Origin: Patescibacteria group bacterium
GTDB lineage: Bacteria > Patescibacteriota > Microgenomatia > Woykebacterales > 2-01-FULL-43-14
Reading direction: 5' to 3'
DNA: 64,000 bases
Assembly: GCA_023485445.1 (NCBI GenBank)
Contig: JAMCZT010000026.1
Location: forward strand, 5,708 to 69,707
Positions 39,477 through 49,003 of the stretch are shown here, piece by piece. The notes beneath the pieces are model-generated. The model was not told the origin of the DNA. It ran no database searches and saw only the letters and a program-made list of their open reading frames with translations. Made by a program: the position numbers and the translations under genes. The number at the start of each line of letters is the position of its first letter. The stretch's first letter is position 1.

Positions 39477-40886
39477 ATGGAAGATCTAATGGAAAAGATT
39501 GTTTCCCTGGCTAAACGTCGGGGTTTCGTTTACCCTGGTTCCGAACTTTACAATGGGCTAGGAGGAACTTGGGATTACGGTCCACTTGGCGTAGAGATGA
39601 AAAATAACATTAAAAAGGCGTGGTGGAAGGCGTTTGTTCAGGAACGGGACGATGTTGTCGGCTTAGATAGTGCGATTGTTTTGAATTCAAAGGTGTGGGA
39701 AGCTTCTGGGCACGTGAGTAAATTTGCCGATCCAATGGTAGACTGTAAGAAATGCAAAAAACGTTACCGGGCCGATCATTTGGCGCAAGAGTTGGAAAAG
39801 AAAAAACTTCCTGAAAAAGAGGAGGATATCTTAGAAGAACACAACTTGAATGCTCATCCGGAAGTGATTAAAGATTTAAATGAAAGATTAAAAGGAGCGA
39901 CGTGTCCGGCTTGTGGAGGAGCCTTGACGGAAGTTCGGCAGTTTAATTTAATGTTTAAGACTTTTGTGGGGCCGGTTGAAGACAGCAGTTCGGTTGCTTA
40001 CTTGCGCCCAGAAACGGCCCAAGGAATTTTTATCAACTTTAATAATGTGTTGGATTCTTCGCGAAAAAAGATTCCCTTTGGAATCGCTCAGATTGGCAAG
40101 GCTTTTCGAAATGAAGTCACTCCAGGAAATTTCCTTTTTCGCTCTCGGGAGTTTGAACAAATGGAAATTGAATTTTTCGTCAAACCGGGAACTGATGAGA
40201 AATGGTTTGAATACTGGCGAAAAACTTGCCTTGATTGGTTCTTGGAGCATGGAATAAGAAAAGAAAAGCTGCGCTTAAGGGATCATGAGAAAGATGAGTT
40301 GTCCCACTATGCCAAAGCGGCGACCGATATTGAATACGATTACCCTTTTGGTGGTTTCGGAGAGCTGGAAGGAATCGCTAATCGGACTGATTTTGATCTC
40401 ATTCAACATTCGAAATTTTCAGGACGGGATTTAAGCTATTTTGATGAACAAACTAAAGAAAAGTTTATTCCTTACGTGATTGAACCTTCTTTGGGGGTTG
40501 ATCGGGCGATGCTCGCCTTCTTAATTGATGCTTATCAGGAAGAACAAGTGGGGGAAAACGACGTTAGGGTCGTGTTGAGATTTCATCCTAAGGTTGCTCC
40601 CATTAAAGTTGCGATTTTTCCTTTAGTTAAAGATGAAAAACTGATCAAGATGGCGAGAGATCTTTACAGAAGGTATCAATCTTTCTGGATGATAGCTTAT
40701 GATGAGGTGACCTCCATTGGCCGTCGGTATCGTCGTCAAGATGAAATCGGTACGCCATATTGCCTCACGGTCGACTTCGATACTTTAGAAGATAACGCAG
40801 TAACAGTGCGGGATCGGGATAGCATGAAACAGGTACGGGTAAAAATCGAAGAACTTGATAGTTATTTGATGACCAAGATTTGCTGA
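39477..40886 (+). CDS. glyQS: Glycine--tRNA ligase (alpha2 type)
   Basis: DYGPLG, LRPETAQG, GKAFRNE, REFEQME, IEPSLGVDR, IGRRYRRQDEIGTP. Confidence 0.96.
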   Translation: MEDLMEKIVSLAKRRGFVYPGSELYNGLGGTWDYGPLGVEMKNNIKKAWWKAFVQERDDVVGLDSAIVLNSKVWEASGHVSKFADPMVDCKKCKKRYRADHLAQELEKKKLPEKEEDILEEHNLNAHPEVIKDLNERLKGATCPACGGALTEVRQFNLMFKTFVGPVEDSSSVAYLRPETAQGIFINFNNVLDSSRKKIPFGIAQIGKAFRNEVTPGNFLFRSREFEQMEIEFFVKPGTDEKWFEYWRKTCLDWFLEHGIRKEKLRLRDHEKDELSHYAKAATDIEYDYPFGGFGELEGIANRTDFDLIQHSKFSGRDLSYFDEQTKEKFIPYVIEPSLGVDRAMLAFLIDAYQEEQVGENDVRVVLRFHPKVAPIKVAIFPLVKDEKLIKMARDLYRRYQSFWMIAYDEVTSIGRRYRRQDEIGTPYCLTVDFDTLEDNAVTVRDRDSMKQVRVKIEELDSYLMTKIC

Positions 40887-40889
40887 AAT

Positions 40890-40930
40890 AAAAAGAGAGG
40901 TTCGACCCTCGCCAGAGTCGAACCTTTACT
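40890..40930. terminator. Bidirectional terminator between glyQS and the ACP-like genes
   Basis: AGGTTCGAC/GTCGAACCT stem between convergent genes. Confidence 0.6.
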
Positions 40931-40938
40931 CGAAAAGT

Positions 40939-41244
40939 TTAGGCTCCGTTGTATCCTTTCGTTACTTCCGCCCAACCTCTCTCTTTTTTCATCGAAACCA
41001 GTTCTTGATAGTAGTCCACAAGATCCTGGACGGTTTTGAGTCTCTCGTAGATTTCTCCTTGGTTGCGTTGTTCTTTCTCGGAAAGGGTTATCCCTAACTC
41101 GTTTTCCATATTTATGCAGATGTCAGTTAATTCCGTGAGGCTCAACTGTAAGTCGTGGAATTTGGTATCCGCGCCTATTTTCCTTGGCCTTATTTCCGAA
41201 ATAACCGTTCGAACGGCTTCGAAAACGTCAACACCAGTTTTCAT
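40939..41244 (-). CDS. Degenerate acyl-carrier-protein-like protein
   Basis: ATG after GGAGGGAG; ACP-like pattern (F..VR.VISE, DTKFHDL, ENELGITLSE, LKTVQDLVDY) without the DSL motif. Confidence 0.6.
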   Translation of the reverse strand: MKTGVDVFEAVRTVISEIRPRKIGADTKFHDLQLSLTELTDICINMENELGITLSEKEQRNQGEIYERLKTVQDLVDYYQELVSMKKERGWAEVTKGYNGA

Positions 41245-41334
41245 TTCTCCCTCCAGAATGATCCGGATAAAAATCGAGCCGATTGGCAAATTTTCTCTAC
41301 CAATCGGTCTCGTTGCATTGTTTGGTGCGGATTA

Positions 41335-41571
41335 TCAAACGACGTGCGTGTTGATGTAATCGATAGCGTTCTGGACCGTCCTGATCTTTTGAGCCTCTTC
41401 CTCAGAAATTTCCATCTTGAATTCTTCCTCTAAGGACATGATTAGCTCGACAAGGTCCAGTGAGTCCGCGTTCAAGTCATTGACAAAACTTGCCGTTGGA
41501 ACAACCTTTTCCTCTTCTACTCCTAGTTGTTCGCAGACGATTTTCTTTAGACGCTCCATTGTTTTATCCAT
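41335..41571 (-). CDS. acpP: Acyl carrier protein
   Basis: 78 aa; [20 protein letters not shown] phosphopantetheine site; AAGGAG RBS. Confidence 0.93.
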   Translation of the reverse strand: MDKTMERLKKIVCEQLGVEEEKVVPTASFVNDLNADSLDLVELIMSLEEEFKMEISEEEAQKIRTVQNAIDYINTHVV

Positions 41572-41712
41572 GTTTATCTCTCCTTTTGCTTTTTAGTGAA
41601 TTCTCTCCAGGGTGGAATGATTATGAATCTTAGCAGGGAAGTGGGTAAAAGTCAATTACTCTTTGGCCACCCCATAGTAAAAAGAAGTCTGTTTCCACAC
41701 ATGGAAAGGGTG

Positions 41713-41775
41713 TTGACAAGGGGTCAAACTAGCCTTAAGATATATAAAAGTGGTAAAAAGTGGTAAAAAGTGGAT
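41713..41775 (+). promoter_or_regulatory. dcw promoter with MraZ operator repeats
   Basis: TTGACA (41713)-17-TAAGAT (41736), followed by three GTGG boxes at 10-bp period (AAAAGTGGTA x2, AAAAGTGGAT). Confidence 0.85.
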
Positions 41776-41798
41776 AAATACACGGGAGGGACAGCAGG

Positions 41799-42230
41799 GT
41801 GTTTATCGGTGAGTATCAGCATTCAATAGATTATAAGGGGAGATTATCAGTACCTAAAAAATTTAGATCTCAGTTAGAAAGTGGGGCGGTTGTGACCAGA
41901 GGGCTAGACGGTTGTCTTTTTTTATACACTAAAGAATCTTGGGAGCAACTTTGGGGAAAGCTAAAAGAGCTGCCTTTGACCCAAGGAGATGCGCGATCCT
42001 TTAGCCGATATCTTCTCTCGGGGGCAGTGGAAGTAAGCTTTGACCAACTGGGCCGGGCAATGGTTCCGTCTTACCTTCGCGATTATGCCCAGATCAAAAA
42101 TGAGGCGATGGTAGTGGGAGTCGGTGACCGGATCGAGCTTTGGGCTAAAGATAGGTGGGAAGACTACCGAGTTAAAACTGAAAGCACTAGCGAAGAAATC
42201 GCCGAGAAACTAACTGGTTTGGGAATATGA
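41799..42230 (+). CDS. mraZ: Transcriptional regulator MraZ
   Basis: FIGEYQHSIDYKGRLSVP, TRGLDGCL, DQLGR, GVGDRIELW. Confidence 0.95.
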   Translation: MFIGEYQHSIDYKGRLSVPKKFRSQLESGAVVTRGLDGCLFLYTKESWEQLWGKLKELPLTQGDARSFSRYLLSGAVEVSFDQLGRAMVPSYLRDYAQIKNEAMVVGVGDRIELWAKDRWEDYRVKTESTSEEIAEKLTGLGI

Positions 42231-43123
42231 ACGAAATCATCCATAAACCTGTCCTTTTAAAAGAATCTATAGAAGCCCTAAATGTTATTCCAAACGAAAA
42301 ATACGTCGATGGGACCGTTGGGGCCGGAGGACATTCTTGCGAGATTATTAAGAGCGGGGGAATCGTACTAGGGATTGACATGGATCCTGAGGCCTTAAAA
42401 ATCGCTCGAAAGACATTGGAAGATTGTTCGGAAGCAAAGACGAAGAGGTTTACGCTAGAGCAGGAGAACTTTGCCAATTTAAGAGAAATAGCTGAAAGAA
42501 ACGATTTTTTGAACGTAAGTGGGATCTTATTTGATCTGGGTTTATCAAGTTTTCAACTGGATTACTCGCCGAGAGGTTTTAGTTTTAAACGCGCTGAACC
42601 ACTAGATATGCGGATGGACCCGAGTTTGGGAGTTACGGCCGCTGATTTGGTTAACGGCCTGACGGAAGGAGAACTTTATGAATTATTTACTAAATTTGGT
42701 GAGGAGCCTTTTGCAAGACTTATTGCTCGTCGTATTGTCACCAGCCGCTTGAGTAAGAAGATCGCAACGACTTCAGAATTAGCCTTTCTTGTTGAACAGG
42801 CGGTTGGTTTTAGGGGTAGACGAGAAAAAATTCACCCCGCGACAAGGGTTTTTCAAGCTTTAAGGATTGCGGTCAACGATGAATTAAATAATTTACGGGT
42901 CGTTTTACCGCAAGCCTTAGCGTTGACAAAAAGTGGCGGAAGAGTGGTGGTAATTAGTTTCCACTCTTTGGAAGACCGGATCGTGAAAAATTATTTTTTG
43001 GAAGAAGGAGAAAAAGGAACGGCCAACGTTTTAACAAAGAAACCGGTGACCGCCACCGATGAAGAAGTTATAGAAAACCCTAGAGCTAGAAGTGCAAAGA
43101 TGCGAGTGATTGAGAAAGTTTAA
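42227..43123 (+). CDS. rsmH: 16S rRNA C1402 N4-methyltransferase
   Basis: HKPVLL, DGTVGAGGH, DLGLSSFQ, PLDMRMD, HPATRVFQALRIAVN, SFHSLEDR. Confidence 0.96.
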   Translation: MNEIIHKPVLLKESIEALNVIPNEKYVDGTVGAGGHSCEIIKSGGIVLGIDMDPEALKIARKTLEDCSEAKTKRFTLEQENFANLREIAERNDFLNVSGILFDLGLSSFQLDYSPRGFSFKRAEPLDMRMDPSLGVTAADLVNGLTEGELYELFTKFGEEPFARLIARRIVTSRLSKKIATTSELAFLVEQAVGFRGRREKIHPATRVFQALRIAVNDELNNLRVVLPQALALTKSGGRVVVISFHSLEDRIVKNYFLEEGEKGTANVLTKKPVTATDEEVIENPRARSAKMRVIEKV

Positions 43124-43147
43124 ATTTAGAAGGAGTTTACTAATAAA

Positions 43148-43516
43148 ATGAATACCTGCCAAAAAGAAATTAATTTTCTTACATCAAAAGTGATGATGAA
43201 CCGAAGAAAGAAATGTAAAACGGGAAGTTTTTTTCTTGGCTCTAAACTACTTTTGTTTGTCTTAACTTTGTCTATTATTTCTTTAAGCTTACTGCAACTT
43301 TTTATCTCTAATAAGTTAGCTACCGAAGGCGAAAAAATTAAGCAGGACGAAGTTTTATCTCAAAAATTGGCTGAGGAAAATATCACCCTTAAAAACGACC
43401 TTCAGGCCCTCGGTTCCCTCTCACGAGTCGCTCAGATTGCCCAAAACCAAGGTTTTGTAAAAGTGAGTAAAGTGGAATCTCTTAATCTAAATGGGGCCGT
43501 CGCAGCATTGAGATAG
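43148..43516 (+). CDS. ftsL: FtsL-like cell division protein
   Basis: Single TM plus coiled coil, located between rsmH and the PBP gene. Confidence 0.65.
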   Translation: MNTCQKEINFLTSKVMMNRRKKCKTGSFFLGSKLLLFVLTLSIISLSLLQLFISNKLATEGEKIKQDEVLSQKLAEENITLKNDLQALGSLSRVAQIAQNQGFVKVSKVESLNLNGAVAALR

Positions 43517-43537
43517 TTTTGCATTTTGAATTTTTTA

Positions 43538-45334
43538 ATGTTACCAAACAGAATCAAGTTTCTTCTAATTTTCTTTTTAATTTTCTCTATCGCTATCGTG
43601 ATTCGGTTGTTTTATTGGCAGGTAATTGAACATGACCGTTTGACGATCATGGCCGAAGATCAACATTTTTCGGCAATGGATATCCCCGCTAAGAGAGGCG
43701 AAATTAAGACTTCAGATGGCTCTGTGCTAGTTTCCAATCAGCCAGCTTATCTCGTTTATGCTTCGATCCCTAATCTAAAAGAAAAACCAGAAGAGATTGC
43801 TAAAAAGATTGCCCCTATTTTTTGGAACCTTGACGAATCCCAAAAAGTGGTTCAGGAGACTCAGGAAACTGTTGGTCAGGAGGAAGAAGCGAAAAAAGAC
43901 CTGAAGGATTTGGCGAAGGAAAAGGAGGATGGGATAAAAAAGATCGAGCAGGATTTGAAAAATAAATTAGATCAGCCAAGTTTAGTCTGGGTTTTAGTTA
44001 GAAAAAAGGTCCCAACTGATTTTTTTGAGAAAATTAAAGCCTTAAAGATTGAAGGAATCGGTTGGGAAATGGAGCAAACCCGCTTTTACCCAGAGGCGTC
44101 GATGGCGGCCCACCTGACTGGGTTTGTTGGTTCCGACGCTAATGGTAATGATAAGGGTTACTTCGGTTTGGAAGGGTATTACAACGAAGATTTGAGAGGG
44201 ACGGTCGGAAAATTGCGGCAAGAGATCGACGCCCAAGGCCGACCGATTTTGGTTGGGGAGCATGTCGATATTCCTCCTAAAGACGGACGGGATTTGATAA
44301 CTACGGTTGACCGGAGTGTCCAGTACGTCGCGGAGCAAAAATTAGAAGAAGGGGTGAAAAAATACGGGGCAAAATCAGGGACGGTCTTGGTGATGGATCC
44401 AAAGACAGGTGGAATTTTGGCCGATGCTTCTTTTCCCCGTTATGACCAAAGCAAATGGTCCCAATACGACAAAGACATTTATAAAAACCCTGCGGTAGCA
44501 GATACTTACGAGCCTGGTTCGACTTTTAAAACGGTGGTGATGGGGGGAGGATTGGACACGGGAGTGGTCACTCCAGACAGCCGTTGCGATTGTAGCGGCC
44601 CTCGCGAAGTGAGCGGGTTTAAGATACGTACTTGGAATGATAAATATTATCCAAACTCGACGATGGTAGAAGTCCTGCAACATTCAGATAATGTTGGAAT
44701 GGTAACAGTGGAAGATAGGCTTGGGAAAGAAAGATTTTTAAAATATATCAACGATTTTGGTTTTGGAAAAGCTACCGGAATAGACTTGGAAGAGGAGACA
44801 GACGGGATCCTGCGGGATAGCAGTCAGTGGCAGACGATTGATCTGGCAACGGCCTCTTTCGGTCAAGGGATTGCGGTAACTCCATTGCAAATAGTCCGAG
44901 CTGTTGGGGCGATCGCTAACGGCGGAAAGCTCATGCAGCCTTATGTGGTAAAGAAAATTGTGGACTCTTCCAAAGAAATTGAGATTAAGCCGAAAGTGCT
45001 AAGACAAGTGATCAAGCCGGAGACCGCCTCGACTTTGGCTGAAATGATGGTTAAGGCGGTGGAAGGTGGAGAAGCGAAGCGCTTAATCCCAAAAGGTTAT
45101 CGGGTCGCGGGAAAAACTGGGACAGCTCAGATCGCGATTGAGGGGCATTATGATCCTAAGAAAACAATTGCTTCGTTTGTAGGTTTTGCCCCAGCTGAGG
45201 ATCCAAAATTTGTAATGCTGGTAAAAGTAGATGAGCCATCTTCTTCCCAATGGGGTTCCGAAACCGCTGCGCCTCTTTTCTTTGATATTGCCAAAGAACT
45301 TTTTACCTACTATGGTATTCCCCCTGGTCAATGA
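43538..45334 (+). CDS. ftsI: Class B penicillin-binding protein (FtsI/PBP2-like)
   Basis: RGEI, RFYP, GLE, EPGSTFK (SxxK), SDN (SxN), KTGTAQ. Confidence 0.9.
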   Translation: MLPNRIKFLLIFFLIFSIAIVIRLFYWQVIEHDRLTIMAEDQHFSAMDIPAKRGEIKTSDGSVLVSNQPAYLVYASIPNLKEKPEEIAKKIAPIFWNLDESQKVVQETQETVGQEEEAKKDLKDLAKEKEDGIKKIEQDLKNKLDQPSLVWVLVRKKVPTDFFEKIKALKIEGIGWEMEQTRFYPEASMAAHLTGFVGSDANGNDKGYFGLEGYYNEDLRGTVGKLRQEIDAQGRPILVGEHVDIPPKDGRDLITTVDRSVQYVAEQKLEEGVKKYGAKSGTVLVMDPKTGGILADASFPRYDQSKWSQYDKDIYKNPAVADTYEPGSTFKTVVMGGGLDTGVVTPDSRCDCSGPREVSGFKIRTWNDKYYPNSTMVEVLQHSDNVGMVTVEDRLGKERFLKYINDFGFGKATGIDLEEETDGILRDSSQWQTIDLATASFGQGIAVTPLQIVRAVGAIANGGKLMQPYVVKKIVDSSKEIEIKPKVLRQVIKPETASTLAEMMVKAVEGGEAKRLIPKGYRVAGKTGTAQIAIEGHYDPKKTIASFVGFAPAEDPKFVMLVKVDEPSSSQWGSETAAPLFFDIAKELFTYYGIPPGQ

Positions 45335-45427
45335 TTCTGTTAGTAGTTTTGTTCTTCCAATGATTGTAGTATTGGTATATTTTATTATTCCAATTTACTT
45401 GTTTTCGTAGATAAGTGCCTAGGCATT

Positions 45428-45468
45428 ACGACACTAATTGTTAATGGTTTAATAACAATTAGTGTCGT
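45428..45468. terminator. 16-bp perfect hairpin between ftsI and murE
   Basis: ACGACACTAATTGTTA/TAACAATTAGTGTCGT with a 9-nt loop. Confidence 0.6.
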
Positions 45469-45509
45469 TTGACATTTTATCTTTACTTTCGTTGTGCTAC
45501 AATTAAAAC

Positions 45510-46787
45510 ATGGGAAAAACAACCGAAAGGATCCCAAGATCTGTTAAAAATATTTATCATTTTCTTCGCGCTGTTGCGGCTAATGTTTACCATGGTTTCC
45601 CCGCTAGAAAATTGAAGGTAATTGGCGTCACTGGAACGGATGGAAAGACAACGACGGTTAACCTTATTTACCATATTCTAAAGATTGATGGTAAAAAAGT
45701 GTCCATGATCTCGACGGTAAACGCCGTAATCGGAAAAAAGGAATACGATACCGGTTTTCACGTCACAACCCCTGACCCATTTGACGTCCAGAAGTATTTT
45801 AAGCAAATGATCGATGCGGGAAGTGAATATGCGGTAGTTGAAACCACTTCCCATGGTCTTGACCAAAACCGCGTTTTGGGGGGAAATTTTCAAATAGGGG
45901 TGATTACTAACGTTACTCATGAACACCTCGACTACCATAAAACCTACGACCGTTATCTTCGGGCGAAAGCGAAATTACTTCGAGGTGTCAAGAACAGCGT
46001 TCTAAATGGTGACGACGAGTCATTCGGAAAACTCTCTCTTTTAGCTTCGGGTAAGATTACTAATTATGGTTTGAGAAGTGAGGCAGATGTTAAAGCGAAG
46101 AATATTGAATACAGCTCTGACGGGTCAGATTTTTCTTACAGTTACCTTGATGAAGGCAACCATCGGGTGGAAATGGCGGTAAAACTCCCCCTACTTGGGG
46201 AATACAACGTTTATAATGCTTTGGCGGCGATTTCCGTGGCAAAGGTTTTGGGGATTGAGGATCGTGTGATTAAGAAAGCCTTAGCAAGTTTCAAAGGAAT
46301 TATCGGCCGGATGGAAAAAATAGAGAATGACCGAAATTTCAACATTTACGTTGACTTCGCCCATACTCCAAACGCCTTAGAGAAAGCTATTCAGACGATA
46401 AAACCGATAACCAGCGGGAGGACCGTTGTTGTTTTTGGGGCAGCTGGCTTGAGGGACACTAAAAAGCGGCCCTTGATGGGGAAAGTTGCCGGAAAGTTGG
46501 CTGATTACACAGTGGTCACGGCGGAAGACCCGCGAACGGAAGATCTAAACCAAATCATGGCCGAGATATCTGAAGGGATAGTTCGCTCGGGAGGAGTCTT
46601 AAACAAAACTTTTTGGATGGAAGGCGACAGACAGAAGGCGATTAACTATGCTATCCGGAAACTGGCTAGAGCGGGGGATACGATTATCATCTGCGGGAAA
46701 GGCCATGAAAAAAGTTTGTGTGTCGGAACAGAAGAAATTCCTTGGTCGGATCAGGAAGCCGTGAAGAAGGCTCTAGAAGAGGTTTAG
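45510..46787 (+). CDS. murE: UDP-MurNAc-tripeptide synthetase (N-terminal domain absent)
   Basis: GVTGTDGKTT, TTPD, ETTSH, HEHLDYH, DFAHTP, EDPR, GKGHE; leaderless TG-C-TACAAT promoter 6 nt upstream. Confidence 0.9.
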   Translation: MGKTTERIPRSVKNIYHFLRAVAANVYHGFPARKLKVIGVTGTDGKTTTVNLIYHILKIDGKKVSMISTVNAVIGKKEYDTGFHVTTPDPFDVQKYFKQMIDAGSEYAVVETTSHGLDQNRVLGGNFQIGVITNVTHEHLDYHKTYDRYLRAKAKLLRGVKNSVLNGDDESFGKLSLLASGKITNYGLRSEADVKAKNIEYSSDGSDFSYSYLDEGNHRVEMAVKLPLLGEYNVYNALAAISVAKVLGIEDRVIKKALASFKGIIGRMEKIENDRNFNIYVDFAHTPNALEKAIQTIKPITSGRTVVVFGAAGLRDTKKRPLMGKVAGKLADYTVVTAEDPRTEDLNQIMAEISEGIVRSGGVLNKTFWMEGDRQKAINYAIRKLARAGDTIIICGKGHEKSLCVGTEEIPWSDQEAVKKALEEV

Positions 46788-47555
46788 ATGAAGATGGTGA
46801 GTTTTGAGAAAGAAATTGCGGCGATTGTTTTAGCGGGAGGAAAAGGAACGAGGATGAATTCAGCAAAGCCAAAGGTTTTGCATGAGATAGCCGGCCAGCC
46901 GATGATCTCCTATAGTTTGGATGTCCTTAGGGGATTAGGTTTAAAGAAAATCGTAATCGTGGTAGGATATGGAGCGGAGGAAGTAAAATCTTTCTTAGGA
47001 GAAGTTTATGACTACGCTCTTCAAGAAGAACAGCTCGGGACTGGCCACGCGGTAGCTTGGGGATTAAAAGAAGTGTCCAGTGAATTTAGCCACGTTTTGG
47101 TGGTTTACGGAGATGATAGCGGCTTTTATAAAAAGGAAACTCTCAAAAGTTTGGTTGATCAGCATTTAGCAGGTCAAGCAACTTTAAGTTTCATTACTTT
47201 AGAAAAAATTAATCCAGCAGGATTGGGAAGAATCGTTCGTGATAGTGATGGAAAGGTGATCGGAATCGTCGAAGAGAAAATGGCAACTGAGGATCAAAAG
47301 AAAATAACGGAAGTAAATGATGGCTGCTATATTTTTGAAAGAGATTGGTTAGATAAAAATTTAGACGAAATTAAGTTAAACACCACGGGAGAATACTACT
47401 TAACAGATTTGGTAGCGGTGGCCCTAAAAAAGGGGGTAAAAGTGAGCACCTTCAAACTGGTTGATAAGACGCAATATGTTGGAGTAAATACTCCCGAACA
47501 GCTCGAAATAGCGGACCAGCTAATGAGAAAAAAGTTAAATGAAAAAAGGAGGTGA
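46788..47555 (+). CDS. GlmU-like N-acetylglucosamine-1-phosphate uridyltransferase (uridyltransferase domain only)
   Basis: LAGGKGTRM, PKVLH, QLGTGHA, YGD, EYYLTD, GVNT; no hexapeptide acetyltransferase domain. Confidence 0.85.
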   Translation: MKMVSFEKEIAAIVLAGGKGTRMNSAKPKVLHEIAGQPMISYSLDVLRGLGLKKIVIVVGYGAEEVKSFLGEVYDYALQEEQLGTGHAVAWGLKEVSSEFSHVLVVYGDDSGFYKKETLKSLVDQHLAGQATLSFITLEKINPAGLGRIVRDSDGKVIGIVEEKMATEDQKKITEVNDGCYIFERDWLDKNLDEIKLNTTGEYYLTDLVAVALKKGVKVSTFKLVDKTQYVGVNTPEQLEIADQLMRKKLNEKRR

Positions 47556-47558
47556 AAA

Positions 47559-48230
47559 ATGCGAAAAGTTATCCTTTTTGATATCGACTACACTTTGATC
47601 GATACTGATTTGCTGCGGGAAGAGTTCATGGGCAGTTTGGTTAAAGTTTTGCAAAGGGATACCGGTTCAAACCTAGAAGCAATTGTAAATTCCTTGATCA
47701 ACATTGAGATGCAGTTGATTACCGAACGAGGAAAATTTGAGCTGGGGCGATACTTAGGAATGATTGCTGAGAACTATCCGAGTTTGGGTAGTTTGAAGAA
47801 TGACTTGGAAAAAACTTTTTCTTCAGAAGAGATGTTTACAAAGGTAGTTTACCCAGAAACTAGAAGCGTGTTAGAAAAGCTTCAAGGGAAAATTACCGTG
47901 GGCGTATTTTCTTCCGGCGACGTGAGTTTTCAACGTAGCAAGCTATCTTTAAGCGGGTTGGATAAATATATGAAGGAAGATGACATAAATATTTTTGAAC
48001 ATAAAAGGAACAACATTTCGGCTCTTATGGATAAGTATCAAGAAGCTGAGTTAATAGTGGTCGACGACCGAGCCGAAATTTTAGAGGGGGTGAAGAAAGT
48101 TCGGCCTGATGCGCTTACCCTTTGGGTAAGACGAGGTAAATTTGCCCAGAAACTTCCCGAGACGAAAGAATACGCCCCTAGCTATGAGATTGACGATTTA
48201 ACAGAGATTTTTCGGGTGATCGAGGTTTGA
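47559..48230 (+). CDS. HAD-superfamily hydrolase
   Basis: FDIDYTL motif I, VVDDR motif IV. Confidence 0.8.
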   Translation: MRKVILFDIDYTLIDTDLLREEFMGSLVKVLQRDTGSNLEAIVNSLINIEMQLITERGKFELGRYLGMIAENYPSLGSLKNDLEKTFSSEEMFTKVVYPETRSVLEKLQGKITVGVFSSGDVSFQRSKLSLSGLDKYMKEDDINIFEHKRNNISALMDKYQEAELIVVDDRAEILEGVKKVRPDALTLWVRRGKFAQKLPETKEYAPSYEIDDLTEIFRVIEV

Positions 48231-48946
48231 AGAGAGTGCAAAATAGTTTTTCTAGAATTTCTTGGCTGTGGTGTGGTTTTTCTACTCGCGAGTGGGGCGA
48301 TCTAAGTAAGGAATCATTTAGACGACGAGACACAAGTTTTAATACTTTTGCCCAGAGCTTGGGAGTGACGCTAGAGAATTTTGTTTTGATGGGTCAGGTG
48401 CATGGTAATAATGTGAGAATAATGAATCAGAGAGATGCAGGTTCAGTAATTGATCAAACCGATGGCTTGGTAACCAAGGAGAAGGGTTTGGTCCTGGTAG
48501 TTCAAACAGCTGATTGTTTACCGATTCTGTTTGCGGATGTGTCGAAAAAAATTATTGGTGTTGCCCATGCGGGTTGGCGAGGGACTTTAGCTGGCATTGG
48601 GGCGAGCGTGGTTAATTCGATGACGCAGCTAGGTTCTGATCCTAAAGATATTTTAATTGATTCTGGCCCTTGTCTGGGCCCGTGCCATTTTGAAGTCAAG
48701 GAAGACGTTTTTGTTTTATTTAAAGACAAATTTGGAGCTGATAAAGATATCAATATTGAAAGAAAGGGAAAAACTTTCCTTGACCTGAGAAAAGCAAATT
48801 TTAAGCTGCTTTTAGAAGCGGGGATAAATCCCCTCAACATCAAGACTGTCGGTCGTTGCACTTACTGCCAACCAGAGAACTTTTTTTCTTTTCGAAGAGA
48901 TGGGAATGATTTTAGGCAGATGGGGTGGGTTGGTATAAAAAAATAA
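48227..48946 (+). CDS. pgeF: Peptidoglycan editing factor PgeF (YfiH/polyphenol oxidase family)
   Basis: QVHG, TADCLP, HAGWRG, CT..FFSFRR. Confidence 0.9.
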   Translation: MKRVQNSFSRISWLWCGFSTREWGDLSKESFRRRDTSFNTFAQSLGVTLENFVLMGQVHGNNVRIMNQRDAGSVIDQTDGLVTKEKGLVLVVQTADCLPILFADVSKKIIGVAHAGWRGTLAGIGASVVNSMTQLGSDPKDILIDSGPCLGPCHFEVKEDVFVLFKDKFGADKDINIERKGKTFLDLRKANFKLLLEAGINPLNIKTVGRCTYCQPENFFSFRRDGNDFRQMGWVGIKK

Positions 48947-49003
48947 AATCAAATGAATTTTGAATTTAAGTAAAAAAGAGTTAATTTATTGTTAAGGGAA
49001 AAA

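Noticed and set aside
41746-41775. Tandem 10-mer repeat as CRISPR array or iteron
   Set aside because: No spacers; explained as MraZ operator boxes. No CRISPR array or cas gene was seen in the window.
45250-45262. TGGGGTTCCG match to the DGR VR 3' end as a candidate template repeat
   Set aside because: Only about 10 nt, inside the ftsI coding sequence, with no flanking similarity.
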